Positions 28,297 to 37,436 of a stretch of 64,000 bases of DNA are shown here, in pieces. How positions within the stretch are numbered: the first letter of the stretch is position 1; every line of letters starts with the position of its first letter. The position numbers and the translations under genes were made by a program. Below the pieces are notes generated by a model, which worked only from the letters and a program-made list of their open reading frames with translations, searched no databases and was not told where the DNA came from. This DNA comes from Polyangiaceae bacterium (lineage in GTDB: Bacteria; Myxococcota_A; Polyangia; Polyangiales; Polyangiaceae), in NCBI GenBank assembly GCA_044376115.1, contig JBILLK010000012.1:64001-128000 (forward strand), read 5' to 3'.

Positions 28297-29148
28297 TCAA
28301 CAGTCTTCGCGACAGCACAATACGCCGCCGCCCTCGGGACCCGACTTTATTACGGTATTGGCCTCCGTGCAGCTCCCGCCGTTGCAAATCCAGGGCGCTC
28401 CGAGCGCGCCACAGCCATCGTCGGAGAAACGAGTGATCGCGCCGCAGCCTGCGGTGGGCAAGCCGGCCGTCCCACAACCAAATATGTCATTGGCGGTGAT
28501 GTCCGTCTGCAAGCAGCCGCCAGCACAACTGCACTGAAGGCAGGGCTGGTCCACACTCGTGCCAATGGCACATACGCCACAACCGGTACCGCTCTGGCGC
28601 GTAACGAAGAAGAGCCCTGGTTCCGCGGTAGCGGCTTCGCAGCTGCCCCCGCAGGTTTCCACCGAGCTAGCGGTTTTGCATACGGTGAAGCCCTCGGCGC
28701 ACAAATCTTCGGCGCTACAGCCTGCTCCAACGGGATTCTCGGAGTCATCGCCAGCCTGCCGATCGCACGTGGCGACGAGCTCGCTCAGCAGGCCGGGGAT
28801 CGCGAAACCACCGGAGCAGCCCGCGATGTTTGGAAATGAGGCTGCATCGACGAAGCCCTCGCGCGTGCCGTCGGCGCAGCCGTTGATGGTTGCGCCACCA
28901 CCGACGTTGCCACCGCCGACGTTGCTACCACCTTGAGACTGGCCGCCCTGGGTTTGCCCGCCGCCTCCTGACGTCTGACCACCGCCTCCCGGCGCCTGGC
29001 CGCCGCCTCCTAGCGCTTGACCGCCAGTGCTGTTGGCTCCGCCGCTATTGCGCTCCGCGATCTCGAGCTCCGAGCGCGCACCGCAGGCAAGCCAAGCTCC
29101 GCTTAGGAAAAGCAGCGGGACCGTCGACGGAGCACGAGTAACCACCAT
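28297..29148 (-). CDS. Gly-linker, Cys-rich lipoprotein
   Basis: Lipobox WLAC-GAR, a GGGGQ linker and a Cys-rich C-terminus. Start placed at ATG 29148. Confidence 0.72.
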   Translation of the reverse strand: MVVTRAPSTVPLLFLSGAWLACGARSELEIAERNSGGANSTGGQALGGGGQAPGGGGQTSGGGGQTQGGQSQGGSNVGGGNVGGGATINGCADGTREGFVDAASFPNIAGCSGGFAIPGLLSELVATCDRQAGDDSENPVGAGCSAEDLCAEGFTVCKTASSVETCGGSCEAATAEPGLFFVTRQSGTGCGVCAIGTSVDQPCLQCSCAGGCLQTDITANDIFGCGTAGLPTAGCGAITRFSDDGCGALGAPWICNGGSCTEANTVIKSGPEGGGVLCCREDC

Positions 29149-29296
29149 CGCCCAATGAGGTAGGCGCAGCACAGCAGCGTCAACTCGCAGTCTCTCAAAG
29201 CCGCATTCTTGACCGCAAAAACGACGACCTCGAGGCTCGCGCCCCGAGGTCACCATGATCACAGCGTTGCGCCCTGTTGGACGCTAACCGCCTATC

Positions 29297-31168
29297 TCAG
29301 GCCGGCTTGTTCGGCACCGGCACTCGCAGCTGACCACCCTGCTGCTGAGCGGCCATCGCGATTCCCTTTTGCACGAAGGTGCGCAGGAACTCGAGGTCGC
29401 TCGGCGGTGAGGTGATGAGCCCGGCGCCTTCAATCGCCTTGGCGGCCTGCAATACCTCGCGTGCCTTGTCATCCCCGGCGCGACCGCGCACGGTGATGGC
29501 AACGTCGCGCATACGGCGAGCGAGAATGGCGCGCTGCTCGGGAGTGAAGTAGCGATCGGTCGCGAGCTTGACCTCGTCACGAACGACCTCGTCCACCTTC
29601 TTGGCGTCCTCTGCGTCGGCCGGGTTGAGGCGCTGGCCCACTGCGCGGATCACCTCGTCGATGGCGCGCGGATCCGGCACCCAACCGCGGAACTCCGGCT
29701 CGCCGTGCAACGAAGCCGGTGCACTAGCGTCGCCCGCGAGGGAAGCCTCGAGATCGGCGAGCGGGTGCTTGGGCTCTTCGCTTGAGTCGCGCACGAGCAG
29801 CTCTTTGCAGCGCTCGAGACCGATCGGCACGAGCTGACCGCTCTTCGCGTTGTCCTTGAGAGCAACCTCCACCAGGTGACGTACCCACTCCACCGGAACG
29901 GTAGCCGGTGCGACGCCGGTAGCATCGGCGATGCGCTGGTGCGCTTCCTTGATTTGCGAGCGGCTCATCCAACCGGAAACAGCGTTCACCACGCCGGTTC
30001 CTTCACGCAGGATGACCTCAGCGATGTGTGCTCGCTCACCACCGCGCCGTTTGGCGATGGTCACCGAGACAGTGCCGCGACCATCGGGAGGCGTGAACGT
30101 GGCTTCGATGATCTCCTCTTCAACCAGGACGCTGGTCGCCGGCTTCAGACGCTCGGGCAGGGTCGCCCCCTTGGAGCGAAGCACGCTGAGCGCGCGACGA
30201 GCCGCCTTGCGAGCGTTGCCAGTGATGTCTTCGGAGGTGCCGGTCTCGACGATGGCTCCGAGGTTTTGCGACTTCATCCAAGCGTCGACCAGGGCTTCGC
30301 CAGCGTTGCCGGCGGCCTTGAGCGCTGCGACTGCGCCGGCTTGATCCACTCCGATGGCGGCGGTGTCCACGATCACCTCGCCCTTGGCGGGCTCAGCGGC
30401 TTTGGGCTTGGCCGGAGTTGCGGCGGTCTTGGCCGCGAGAGCCTCCTTCGCCGTCTTCGGCTTGGCGGCGCGTTCACGTTGCTCTTCGAGCGAGACGCGG
30501 GGCAAGCCAACCATGATGGTCTCGTGCAGGGTAGGGAGCTTCGCCGGAGGGGGCGGAGGGGGCTCGGGACGGCGAGCAGGCTGCGCCGGCCGTGCCTGAG
30601 CGATGCCGGGCTTGTTCTGATCCGGACCTTCACGGCGCTCGCGACGCTCGCGCGGCTTGCGCTCAGGACGCGGCTCATCCGGCTTGCGCGGCGGGAGGTT
30701 CAACCACTTGTCGACGAACTCAGCGCTCGAACGATCCAGCGGGCCACGACGATACTCGGGCATCGCTCGACCGCCGCTCACCCCGGGCCGACGGGGCAGG
30801 CCGTCATCCAACACAGGCCGACGCGGGCGTCCACCAAACGGACGACGCGCGCCTGCGTCACCAACACCAGCTGCACCGGGCTCGCCGCCTGCAGCCGTGG
30901 CCTCGGCGCCGGGGGCTCCGCCCGGACGAGGACCGCGGGGAGGACGACGCTGACGCGGCGGCGGACGGGGTGCATCGCCCGGCTTGCGGTCCGCACGAAC
31001 GTCCCACTTGCGCTGGGAGGAGGCTTCTCCTTCAGCGCCGGGAGCGGGCGCAGCAGGAGCTGCTCCCTCGACGGCGGCCTCGAACGTGGGCCTTTCGGCG
31101 CTTGAGGCAGAGCGTACGATCTTGCGTACGCGGGGCTTTTCCGGATTTTCTTTTTGATCGTCGCTCAT
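29297..31168 (-). CDS. Hypothetical protein with a disordered Pro/Arg-rich N-terminus and a globular C-terminus
   Basis: Start MSDDQKE at 31168 overlaps the ridA stop (ATGA). Strongly GC3-biased codons. Confidence 0.8.
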   Translation of the reverse strand: MSDDQKENPEKPRVRKIVRSASSAERPTFEAAVEGAAPAAPAPGAEGEASSQRKWDVRADRKPGDAPRPPPRQRRPPRGPRPGGAPGAEATAAGGEPGAAGVGDAGARRPFGGRPRRPVLDDGLPRRPGVSGGRAMPEYRRGPLDRSSAEFVDKWLNLPPRKPDEPRPERKPRERRERREGPDQNKPGIAQARPAQPARRPEPPPPPPAKLPTLHETIMVGLPRVSLEEQRERAAKPKTAKEALAAKTAATPAKPKAAEPAKGEVIVDTAAIGVDQAGAVAALKAAGNAGEALVDAWMKSQNLGAIVETGTSEDITGNARKAARRALSVLRSKGATLPERLKPATSVLVEEEIIEATFTPPDGRGTVSVTIAKRRGGERAHIAEVILREGTGVVNAVSGWMSRSQIKEAHQRIADATGVAPATVPVEWVRHLVEVALKDNAKSGQLVPIGLERCKELLVRDSSEEPKHPLADLEASLAGDASAPASLHGEPEFRGWVPDPRAIDEVIRAVGQRLNPADAEDAKKVDEVVRDEVKLATDRYFTPEQRAILARRMRDVAITVRGRAGDDKAREVLQAAKAIEGAGLITSPPSDLEFLRTFVQKGIAMAAQQQGGQLRVPVPNKPA

Positions 31169-31569
31169 CGCGAATCTCCAGTGGATGTAACAACGTGGGC
31201 AATTGCTTCGATCTCGACGCGAGCGCCCCGCGGAAGCCGCGCCGCCTGAACGGTGGAACGCGCTGGCCAAGCGGACCGGAAGGTCTCTGCGTAGATCTCG
31301 TTGACGACCGAGAAGTCGTCCATATCTGCGAGAAAGATCGTCGTCTTCACGACATCGTCGAGCGTTGCACCCGAAGCTTCGAGCACAGCGCGCAAGTTCT
31401 TGAGGACCTGGTGGGTCTCCGCGGCAGTGCCGCCGCTCACCATCTGGCCCGAGACAGGGTCGAGGCCGATCTGGCCACTGGTAAAGACCCAACCGGAGGC
31501 ACGTACCGCCTGCGAATAAGGCCCGATGGCCTTCGGTGCGCCATCGGTTGCGATGACCGTCCTACTCAT
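31165..31569 (-). CDS. ridA: RidA/YjgF/UK114 family imine deaminase
   Basis: APKAIGPYSQA, SGQIGLDP, VVKTTIFL, PARSTV and VEIEAIA. Confidence 0.93.
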   Translation of the reverse strand: MSRTVIATDGAPKAIGPYSQAVRASGWVFTSGQIGLDPVSGQMVSGGTAAETHQVLKNLRAVLEASGATLDDVVKTTIFLADMDDFSVVNEIYAETFRSAWPARSTVQAARLPRGARVEIEAIAHVVTSTGDSR

Positions 31570-31591
31570 ACAGCCTCTTCCTTCCGCCTGG

Positions 31592-32209
31592 TCAAGCGAA
31601 CCTCCGACGATGCTCGACGGCACGCCCAAGCGTGATTGGATCGGCAAACTCGAGGTCCCCACCATGGGGCACTCCACTCGCGATCCGCGTTACGTTTGCG
31701 CCTGTGGCCGCGAGCTCGCGCGACACCAGCAGCGCCGTGGCCTCACCGTCCACCGACGGTGGTGTAGCCACCAGCACCTCACGGATGCGCCCTTCACTCG
31801 CGCGCACCCGCTCCACCAGACGGTCCACCCCGACGGCCTCGCGGTTCACACCATCGAGCGGGGAGAGCAGCTTGCCGAGCACGTGATAACGACCTCGCAT
31901 CGCTCCGCTGCGTTCAACCGCGAGCAGATCTTGGATACGAGCGACCACGCACAAGATCGAGTCGTCTCGCTTGGAGTCCCGACAGATCGTGCACAGAACC
32001 TCCTCGTCGAAGCCCTTCTCCGCGAGGTGACCACATTGCTCGCAAGGCCGAACGAAGTCGCGCAGCTCGGACAGTGCCCGACCTAGATCTCGCGGTACCC
32101 CCTCGTCTCCCGATATCAGCGCGAGCGCATACCGTTGCGCCGTTTTCTCACCTACACCGGGGAGCTTCGAAAGCAACTGCACAACGCGCAACAAACGGTC
32201 GGGAAACAT
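31592..32209 (-). CDS. recR: Recombination mediator RecR
   Basis: HhH LPGVGEKTAQR, C4 zinc finger, YHVLG..LSPLDG, TOPRIM-like DGEATA and GVPHGGDLEFAD. Confidence 0.97.
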   Translation of the reverse strand: MFPDRLLRVVQLLSKLPGVGEKTAQRYALALISGDEGVPRDLGRALSELRDFVRPCEQCGHLAEKGFDEEVLCTICRDSKRDDSILCVVARIQDLLAVERSGAMRGRYHVLGKLLSPLDGVNREAVGVDRLVERVRASEGRIREVLVATPPSVDGEATALLVSRELAATGANVTRIASGVPHGGDLEFADPITLGRAVEHRRRFA

Positions 32210-32252
32210 CGCTTAGCGAGTCTGTAGGAGGGAGCCAAAGCGCGAGCGCGCT

Positions 32253-32567
32253 TTACATCCCCGGGATCTTGAGGCCGCCGGTGATCTTGTTCAGTTCGCC
32301 TTCGACCTTCTTGTCCGCTTCCTCCAGAGCCGCGTTTGCAGCAGCAACAACTGAATCCATCGCCAGCTCGACGTCCTCTTTCAGGAAGTCGGGGTCGATC
32401 GTGATCGCCCGCAATTTGCCTTCGCAAGTGACGACAACCTTGACCTTGTCGCTGGCAGCGGAGGCGCTCACTTCTTCGTCTTTGAGCTGAGCTTTACGCT
32501 CGTCAATTTTACGCTGCATGCGCGAGGCTTGGCGCATCAGCTCATTCATTCCGCCGCGAAACTGCAT
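32253..32567 (-). CDS. ybaB: YbaB/EbfC nucleoid-associated protein
   Basis: MNELMRQASRMQ..VKVVVTCEG..IDPDFL..AAANAAL..ITGGLKIPGM; lies directly upstream of recR. Confidence 0.93.
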   Translation of the reverse strand: MQFRGGMNELMRQASRMQRKIDERKAQLKDEEVSASAASDKVKVVVTCEGKLRAITIDPDFLKEDVELAMDSVVAAANAALEEADKKVEGELNKITGGLKIPGM

Positions 32568-32639
32568 GGTCGGGCGAAACTGCCGAAAAGCTGAGCTGGC
32601 GGCAACCTTGAAACGTCCGCCCCGGGCGAATTTCAACCC

Positions 32640-32698
32640 AAGGTTGATGCAACAAACAGAATGACTCGTGCACCGCGCGGCCGACTGGCCCGGCGACC
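32640..32698 (+). repeat. Copy 1 of a non-coding repeated element shared with 37261-37353
   Basis: 32640-32671 (AAGGTTGATGCAACAAACAGAATGACTCGTGC) is 28/32 identical to 37261-37292. It is followed by CGGCCGACTGGCCCGGCGACC, similar to CGGCCGAAGGCCCGGTTCGACC in copy 2. Confidence 0.75.
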
Positions 32699-32720
32699 GC
32701 GCTTCGTGTACAGCCCTGGC

Positions 32721-34868
32721 ATGAGCTACGTGGTGCTTGCTCGAAAATGGCGGCCGATGACGTTCGCCGACCTTGTGGGGCAGGAGCACGTAGCGAAAAC
32801 GCTGGGAAATGCCATCCAGCTGGGGCGCGTCGCCCACGCCTTTCTGTTTACTGGCGTCCGCGGGGTCGGCAAGACCACGAGTGCGCGCATCCTGGCCAAG
32901 GCGCTCAACTGCGCGAATGGCCCGACCGTCACGCCGTGCTTGACCTGCCCGCAGTGCTTGGAGATCGCCCAAGGCACCGATTTGGACGTTCAGGAGATCG
33001 ATGCGGCCAGCCGCACCGGCGTGGATGATATCCGCGAGCTGCAGGAGACCCTCGCCTACCGGCCGACCCGGGACCGCTTCAAGGTCTTCATCGTGGACGA
33101 GGTCCACATGCTCTCCAACAACGCGTGGAACGCCTTCCTCAAGACGCTCGAGGAGCCGCCCGCCCACGTGAAGTTCATCTTCGCGACCACCGAGGTCAAC
33201 AAGGTCCCGGTCACCATCCTTTCGCGCTGCCAGCGTTACGACTTCAAGCTGATCGACGTCGCGACCATTCAGCAGCGGCTGAGCTACGTGCTGCAGCAAG
33301 AGGGTCTTACAGCCGAGGAGGGCGCCTTGCAGATTTTGGCGCGAGAGTCGGCGGGCAGCATGCGTGACGGCATGAGCCTTTTGGATCAGGTGATCGCCTG
33401 GTCCGGCGGCGATGCGATCACCACCGCCGCTGTCGCGCGAGCGCTTGGCGTGGCGGAAACGGCGGCTTTGATGGGTCTCGTGCGTGCGCTGGTCAGCGGC
33501 GACGCCGCTCGCTGCCTCGAGATCGTGCACGAGCTTACAGACTCTGGTCACGATGTTGCGCACCTCGCGCGTGACATCCTCGGCCTGTTACGGGACCTGG
33601 TGGTTGCGCGCGTCGCACCGTCTTCACGCGGGCTGCTCGCGCTTCCTGAAGCGGAGGTGGCCGAGCTCAAGACCATCGCTGGGGAGGCGCCTTCCACGGA
33701 CGATCTGTCGCGGCTTCACTTGGTGTTCGCCAAAGCCACCGAAGAGATCTTGGAGTCACCGTTACCGCGCGCCTCGCTCGAGATGGCGCTGGTGCGCGTC
33801 GCCCGCAGGCCCCCCTTGCTCGCGATCGACGATCTGTTGCGCCGCCTCGGAGAGCTTGAAGGGCGTCTCGAGGCAGCCCGCTCCGGCGGCGGTGCACGCC
33901 GTGAAGAGCGTGCACGACCGCGCGGCAAACCGGCGCCCTCCTCGGGCGATCCCGAGCCAGGGGACGACTTCTTCCAGGGACCAAGTTACGAGCAGACCGT
34001 CAGCGCGCCCGCTCGCTTCGAGCCTGCGGCATCAACGTTCCAAGCTCCACCGCAGCCAACCTTCCAAGCTCCACCGCAGCCAACGTTCCAAGCTCCGCCG
34101 CCACGCGCACCCGAAGCGGGTCCAGCACCTGCTCGACCCAGTTTCGCAAGTGAAGCCGCTGCCTTTGGAACGCCGATGGGAACGCAGCCGGCGGTGTTCA
34201 CGATTCCGGCGAGCGTGCTCGCCAAAGCCAACGGCCAGGTCGAGAGTGAGGACTTCGACGGTCCGCCGCCCAGCTCACGCGCTGAGCCACCGCGCTCAAA
34301 GCCCCCCGCCTCCTTCCCAGCGCCTGCTCCACGCCCAGCGGTGCCCTCCGGCCCACCGCCGATCCTCGACCCCAACGCTCCGGAGTTGCTCGAATACGCG
34401 CGCTTCGTCGACCAGTTGCGACACCGAAATTCGCGGCTCTCGAGCCTGCTCGAGCGAGTGGCGCTGTTCGCCTTCGATGCCACGCGCCTCGCCGTGCACG
34501 TGGACCCGCAGTCGTTCGAGGGCAACCTGCTGCTCGACGCGGATACCCGCAAGACGGTGGAAGCGGCCTTGGTGGACATGCACGGTCCGGAGGCGAAGTT
34601 CGAACTGGTCGAGGGCGCGCGGGACGAGCGGGCGCCGACATTGGCGCTATTGGCTAATCGCGCAAGCGTGGCGCGCTCGAGTGAACTCGATGAAAAGGTG
34701 CGTAAGCACCCCTTGGTCGCGGCCCTCGTCTCCTCGTTATCGGCGGAGATTCGTGACGTCCGCGTGGTGAGTGAGGCCTCGACCGAGACGCTCAGCGAGA
34801 TGCTGCTACGCACTCGCGAGGAGGCCGCTAAAGCGACTGACGCTGTCGGCGACGCAGCAGCCCCGTAG
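32721..34868 (+). CDS. dnaX: DNA polymerase III subunit gamma/tau
   Basis: YVVLARKWRP, Walker A GVRGVGKTT, C4 zinc module, EIDAAS, DEVHML, LKTLEEPP and SRC. Pro-rich linker and C-terminal domain follow. Confidence 0.97.
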   Translation: MSYVVLARKWRPMTFADLVGQEHVAKTLGNAIQLGRVAHAFLFTGVRGVGKTTSARILAKALNCANGPTVTPCLTCPQCLEIAQGTDLDVQEIDAASRTGVDDIRELQETLAYRPTRDRFKVFIVDEVHMLSNNAWNAFLKTLEEPPAHVKFIFATTEVNKVPVTILSRCQRYDFKLIDVATIQQRLSYVLQQEGLTAEEGALQILARESAGSMRDGMSLLDQVIAWSGGDAITTAAVARALGVAETAALMGLVRALVSGDAARCLEIVHELTDSGHDVAHLARDILGLLRDLVVARVAPSSRGLLALPEAEVAELKTIAGEAPSTDDLSRLHLVFAKATEEILESPLPRASLEMALVRVARRPPLLAIDDLLRRLGELEGRLEAARSGGGARREERARPRGKPAPSSGDPEPGDDFFQGPSYEQTVSAPARFEPAASTFQAPPQPTFQAPPQPTFQAPPPRAPEAGPAPARPSFASEAAAFGTPMGTQPAVFTIPASVLAKANGQVESEDFDGPPPSSRAEPPRSKPPASFPAPAPRPAVPSGPPPILDPNAPELLEYARFVDQLRHRNSRLSSLLERVALFAFDATRLAVHVDPQSFEGNLLLDADTRKTVEAALVDMHGPEAKFELVEGARDERAPTLALLANRASVARSSELDEKVRKHPLVAALVSSLSAEIRDVRVVSEASTETLSEMLLRTREEAAKATDAVGDAAAP
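34033..34102 (+). repeat. About 3 x 24-bp tandem repeat (TFQAPPQP) in the DnaX linker
   Basis: CAAC(G/C)TTCCAAGCTCCACCGCAGC units start at 34033, 34057 and 34081. Confidence 0.88.
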
Positions 34869-36234
34869 CGAACAACCCGAGCGCGAGCCAACCCAACCCC
34901 GGCCGAGTTGAACCGGCGGCGCGACAATCACAGCCGTCCTCCCCGGGCTCATCCGACTCGGCAGCGCCACCGCCGCTCCCTCCGCCGCCTTCCGAGCTTT
35001 CCTCGATCACCTGGACGCGCAACTGCACCGTTCGTTCGGCCTCGTCGGGGTCGTTGCTGGCGATCACCACTGAGCCCACGAACACGCCGGCTTGCTCACC
35101 CGTGAAAGAAACAGCAAGGTCCGCGGTGGTTACCCCCGGATCGATCGAGAGGGTGCTCGCCTCGAGAGCAAAGCCTCCGGTCACGGCCAAGGTGCCCGTC
35201 AAATTCTCCTCGCCCTCATTGCGCAGCGGCAAAGAAGCCGTGGCCGTCTCCCCGACCACGATACTTCCGAGATTGAGCACGAACTCCGAGCCCACATCCT
35301 CCTCATGACCGTCCTGGATCGCAATATCCGGTAGCGGCACATGCACCGTCACAGGATCAAACGTCCAATCCTTTTGCACGAACTCGAAGGGGATGGGAAT
35401 GTCAGCGATCGGGATGCTGAAGTCGGGCCCGATGGTATCGATGTAAAAATTGGGCACCAGGTGCAGCGTACCCACATAAACGACCTCGCCGATCGGCTGG
35501 ACATCGAAGTCGACGGAGCCACCCCCGGCGAAATCGTCGAACGAAAGACCATCCTCCTCAATGATGGCCCCGCCTGCTACCGACGCATTCTGGCCCGTAC
35601 GCAGTAGGCGCACCTCGTTGGTTCGATAGCTGGCCTCTAAATCTACATAGGTATCCAGCGCGAAACCCCCGCTCAGCCCAGGGATGTTGATGCCGATGAA
35701 GTCGGTCACGTCCACTTGTGCCAGCGTCTGTTGCATCGTCGAGCCGCTCACCGACACGCCGTCGAAGGCCCACGGGTCGAAGGCGTTATTGGCCTCTACC
35801 TGAAAGTCGAACTGAGGCACGAACGGGATGGCCCCCGTCCAGTTATACGTTTGCCCGAGCACCTGCACCGTGACCGAGGCTTCAGCGCCGATGTCTACGC
35901 CGTAGTGAATCCCCAGGTTGCCTGCCCCTTCCGTGCCCGGCGTCGCCAAGGTCAATGCCTCCGGCCAGGTGGTCTCGAGCCGGCCGCCAAGATCAACCGA
36001 TGTCTCCGCGTAAAGTTGCGCGAACAAATGCACCTGCAACGGCGAGTTCGCCGGCACCCAGCCTGTGTCGAAACCGCCTTGGATCGGCAGCTCGATCAGC
36101 TTGCTGAAGGCCACGTCGGCCGTTTCACAGCGAGGCTGCTCGGGGGCGCAGCGTTGCGCCAGTTCCACCGCGAAGGCCTCGTTGCTGAGCGCAACCAGGG
36201 GCACCAAAACCGCGAGCAAAAGACAAGACCGCAT
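34828..36234 (-). CDS. Secreted beta-rich protein with an Ig-like domain and a MYXO-CTERM sorting signal
   Basis: Signal peptide and Ig-like LRNEGEENL..IASNDPDE. The C-terminus is GCDCRAAG, a hydrophobic helix and RRRQR. Its 3' end overlaps the dnaX 3' end by 41 bp. Confidence 0.85.
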   Translation of the reverse strand: MRSCLLLAVLVPLVALSNEAFAVELAQRCAPEQPRCETADVAFSKLIELPIQGGFDTGWVPANSPLQVHLFAQLYAETSVDLGGRLETTWPEALTLATPGTEGAGNLGIHYGVDIGAEASVTVQVLGQTYNWTGAIPFVPQFDFQVEANNAFDPWAFDGVSVSGSTMQQTLAQVDVTDFIGINIPGLSGGFALDTYVDLEASYRTNEVRLLRTGQNASVAGGAIIEEDGLSFDDFAGGGSVDFDVQPIGEVVYVGTLHLVPNFYIDTIGPDFSIPIADIPIPFEFVQKDWTFDPVTVHVPLPDIAIQDGHEEDVGSEFVLNLGSIVVGETATASLPLRNEGEENLTGTLAVTGGFALEASTLSIDPGVTTADLAVSFTGEQAGVFVGSVVIASNDPDEAERTVQLRVQVIEESSEGGGGSGGGAAESDEPGEDGCDCRAAGSTRPGLGWLALGLFATGLLRRRQRQSL

Positions 36235-36454
36235 CGGCCGATTGCACGACATATCGTGGGTTCACGCAACGACAGAAACGGCGATTGGATGGGCTTCCGC
36301 TTCAATAGAAAGACCCTGTTCATAAGCTCATGCTGGAAAATTGAGGCGTCTTGAGGAATACTTCCGGTTTGGTGTGCGTGGTTCAGCTGGGTGCACCTGG
36401 GTCCTTGGCTAGAGTCGTCTTGCTTCGCGCGCTGCGCGATGAACCGGAGATCGA

Positions 36455-37201
36455 ATGAAGAACATTGCGTGGCTGGTGGTTGCGTCTTTTGCGATTGGCG
36501 CTGTTGCTTGCGGTGACAGCAGTTCCTCCACCACCACGGGTGGCGGCGGTAGCGGTGGGGAGAGCGCTGGCGGCAGCAACGCTGGTGGCGAGAATACTGG
36601 CGGCACCACCAACGGCCCGAATGGCCCTGGCCCCGGCGGCGGCGGTGCACCGGCATGCTCGGGTGGTGTTCTTGAGGAGCCGTGTGACGGCTGTCTTGTT
36701 GACTCCTGCTGTGCTGAGTACGCAGCTTGCGAGGCTGACGCAATTTGTGTGGATTGCATCACCGGAGGCCAAGACCCGGCCTGCGCCGACAACGCCGCTG
36801 CGGCGGACTTCGTTGGCTGCGCGCAGACCGCTTGTGAGGCCGAGTGCTTCCCGCCGAACGTGAACGAGTGCAACCCCGTCACCAACGACGGCTGCAATGC
36901 TGGCGCTGGCGAGGCCTGTGACTACAGCCAAACGGGCTTCGTTTGCTACCCCGAGCCCAACACGCTCGTACTTTGCGCCGATTGCACCGGTGGCGATGAC
37001 TTCTGCGCAGGCGGAACGACTTGCGGAGCGGACGGCAAGTGCGCCAAGTTCTGCTGTGATGACGGGGATTGCACCGCTGGCTCCACCTGCTCGCTGGACG
37101 GCCAGACTGGCGCCGGGACTTGCGTAACGGGTGAGGCCTCGGACTGCACGGCGCCCCTTCAGTCACCCTCCAACGGTTCCTGCGTCACCGTTGGCGGCTG
37201 A
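36455..37201 (+). CDS. Gly-linker, Cys-rich lipoprotein
   Basis: GGAG RBS, lipobox AVAC-GDS and many cysteines; followed by a terminator. Confidence 0.82.
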   Translation: MKNIAWLVVASFAIGAVACGDSSSSTTTGGGGSGGESAGGSNAGGENTGGTTNGPNGPGPGGGGAPACSGGVLEEPCDGCLVDSCCAEYAACEADAICVDCITGGQDPACADNAAAADFVGCAQTACEAECFPPNVNECNPVTNDGCNAGAGEACDYSQTGFVCYPEPNTLVLCADCTGGDDFCAGGTTCGADGKCAKFCCDDGDCTAGSTCSLDGQTGAGTCVTGEASDCTAPLQSPSNGSCVTVGG

Positions 37202-37219
37202 GAATCAGTAGAATGATCG

Positions 37220-37255
37220 ACCGCCGTGTGGGTAACCACACGGCGGTTTGCTTTT
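37220..37255 (+). terminator. Rho-independent terminator
   Basis: Perfect 12-bp stem ACCGCCGTGTGG / CCACACGGCGGT with a GTAA loop, then TTGCTTTT, 18 bp after the lipoprotein stop. Confidence 0.8.
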
Positions 37256-37260
37256 CGCCG

Positions 37261-37353
37261 AAGGCGGATGCAGCGAACAGAATGACTCGTGCCCTCTTCG
37301 TGAAGAACGGCCGAAGGCCCGGTTCGACCCTCGACTTGGCACGAGTCATTTGT
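37261..37353 (+). repeat. Copy 2 of the non-coding element; can fold with a 13-bp closing stem and two internal hairpins
   Basis: AATGACTCGTGCC (37281-37293) pairs with GGCACGAGTCATT (37338-37350). Internal TCTTC-GT-GAAGA and GGCC-GAA-GGCC hairpins. Confidence 0.7.
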
Positions 37354-37436
37354 CGGCGTGCCAAAGCCCGGGACAAAAACAACCTTTTGACCTCCTTTGA
37401 TGCGTAGCTAGAGCAGCGGCCGAGCATTCTCCAACG

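Noticed and set aside
29297..31492. 731-aa version of the hypothetical protein
   Set aside because: The extension overlaps ridA in another frame; the ATGA-coupled start at 31168 is more plausible.
29876..31635. Long antisense or alternative-frame ORFs here and throughout the window (e.g. 21285-22292, 33484-34770, 38426-39379, 51803-52651)
   Set aside because: They are stop-poor shadows expected in high-GC coding DNA, overlap well-supported genes and have no motifs.
32253..33563. 436-aa minus-strand ORF suggesting a long YbaB fusion
   Set aside because: The extension is the antisense shadow of dnaX; only the last 104 aa are YbaB.
32721..34868. Programmed frameshift giving the gamma subunit
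   Set aside because: I saw no A-AAA-AAG or long A-run slippery site in dnaX.
37294..37337. GGTTCGACCC as a tRNA T-loop, or SRP RNA near dnaX
   Set aside because: I could not build a cloverleaf, and the SRP helix-8 motif (CAGG..GGAA..AGCAG) is absent.
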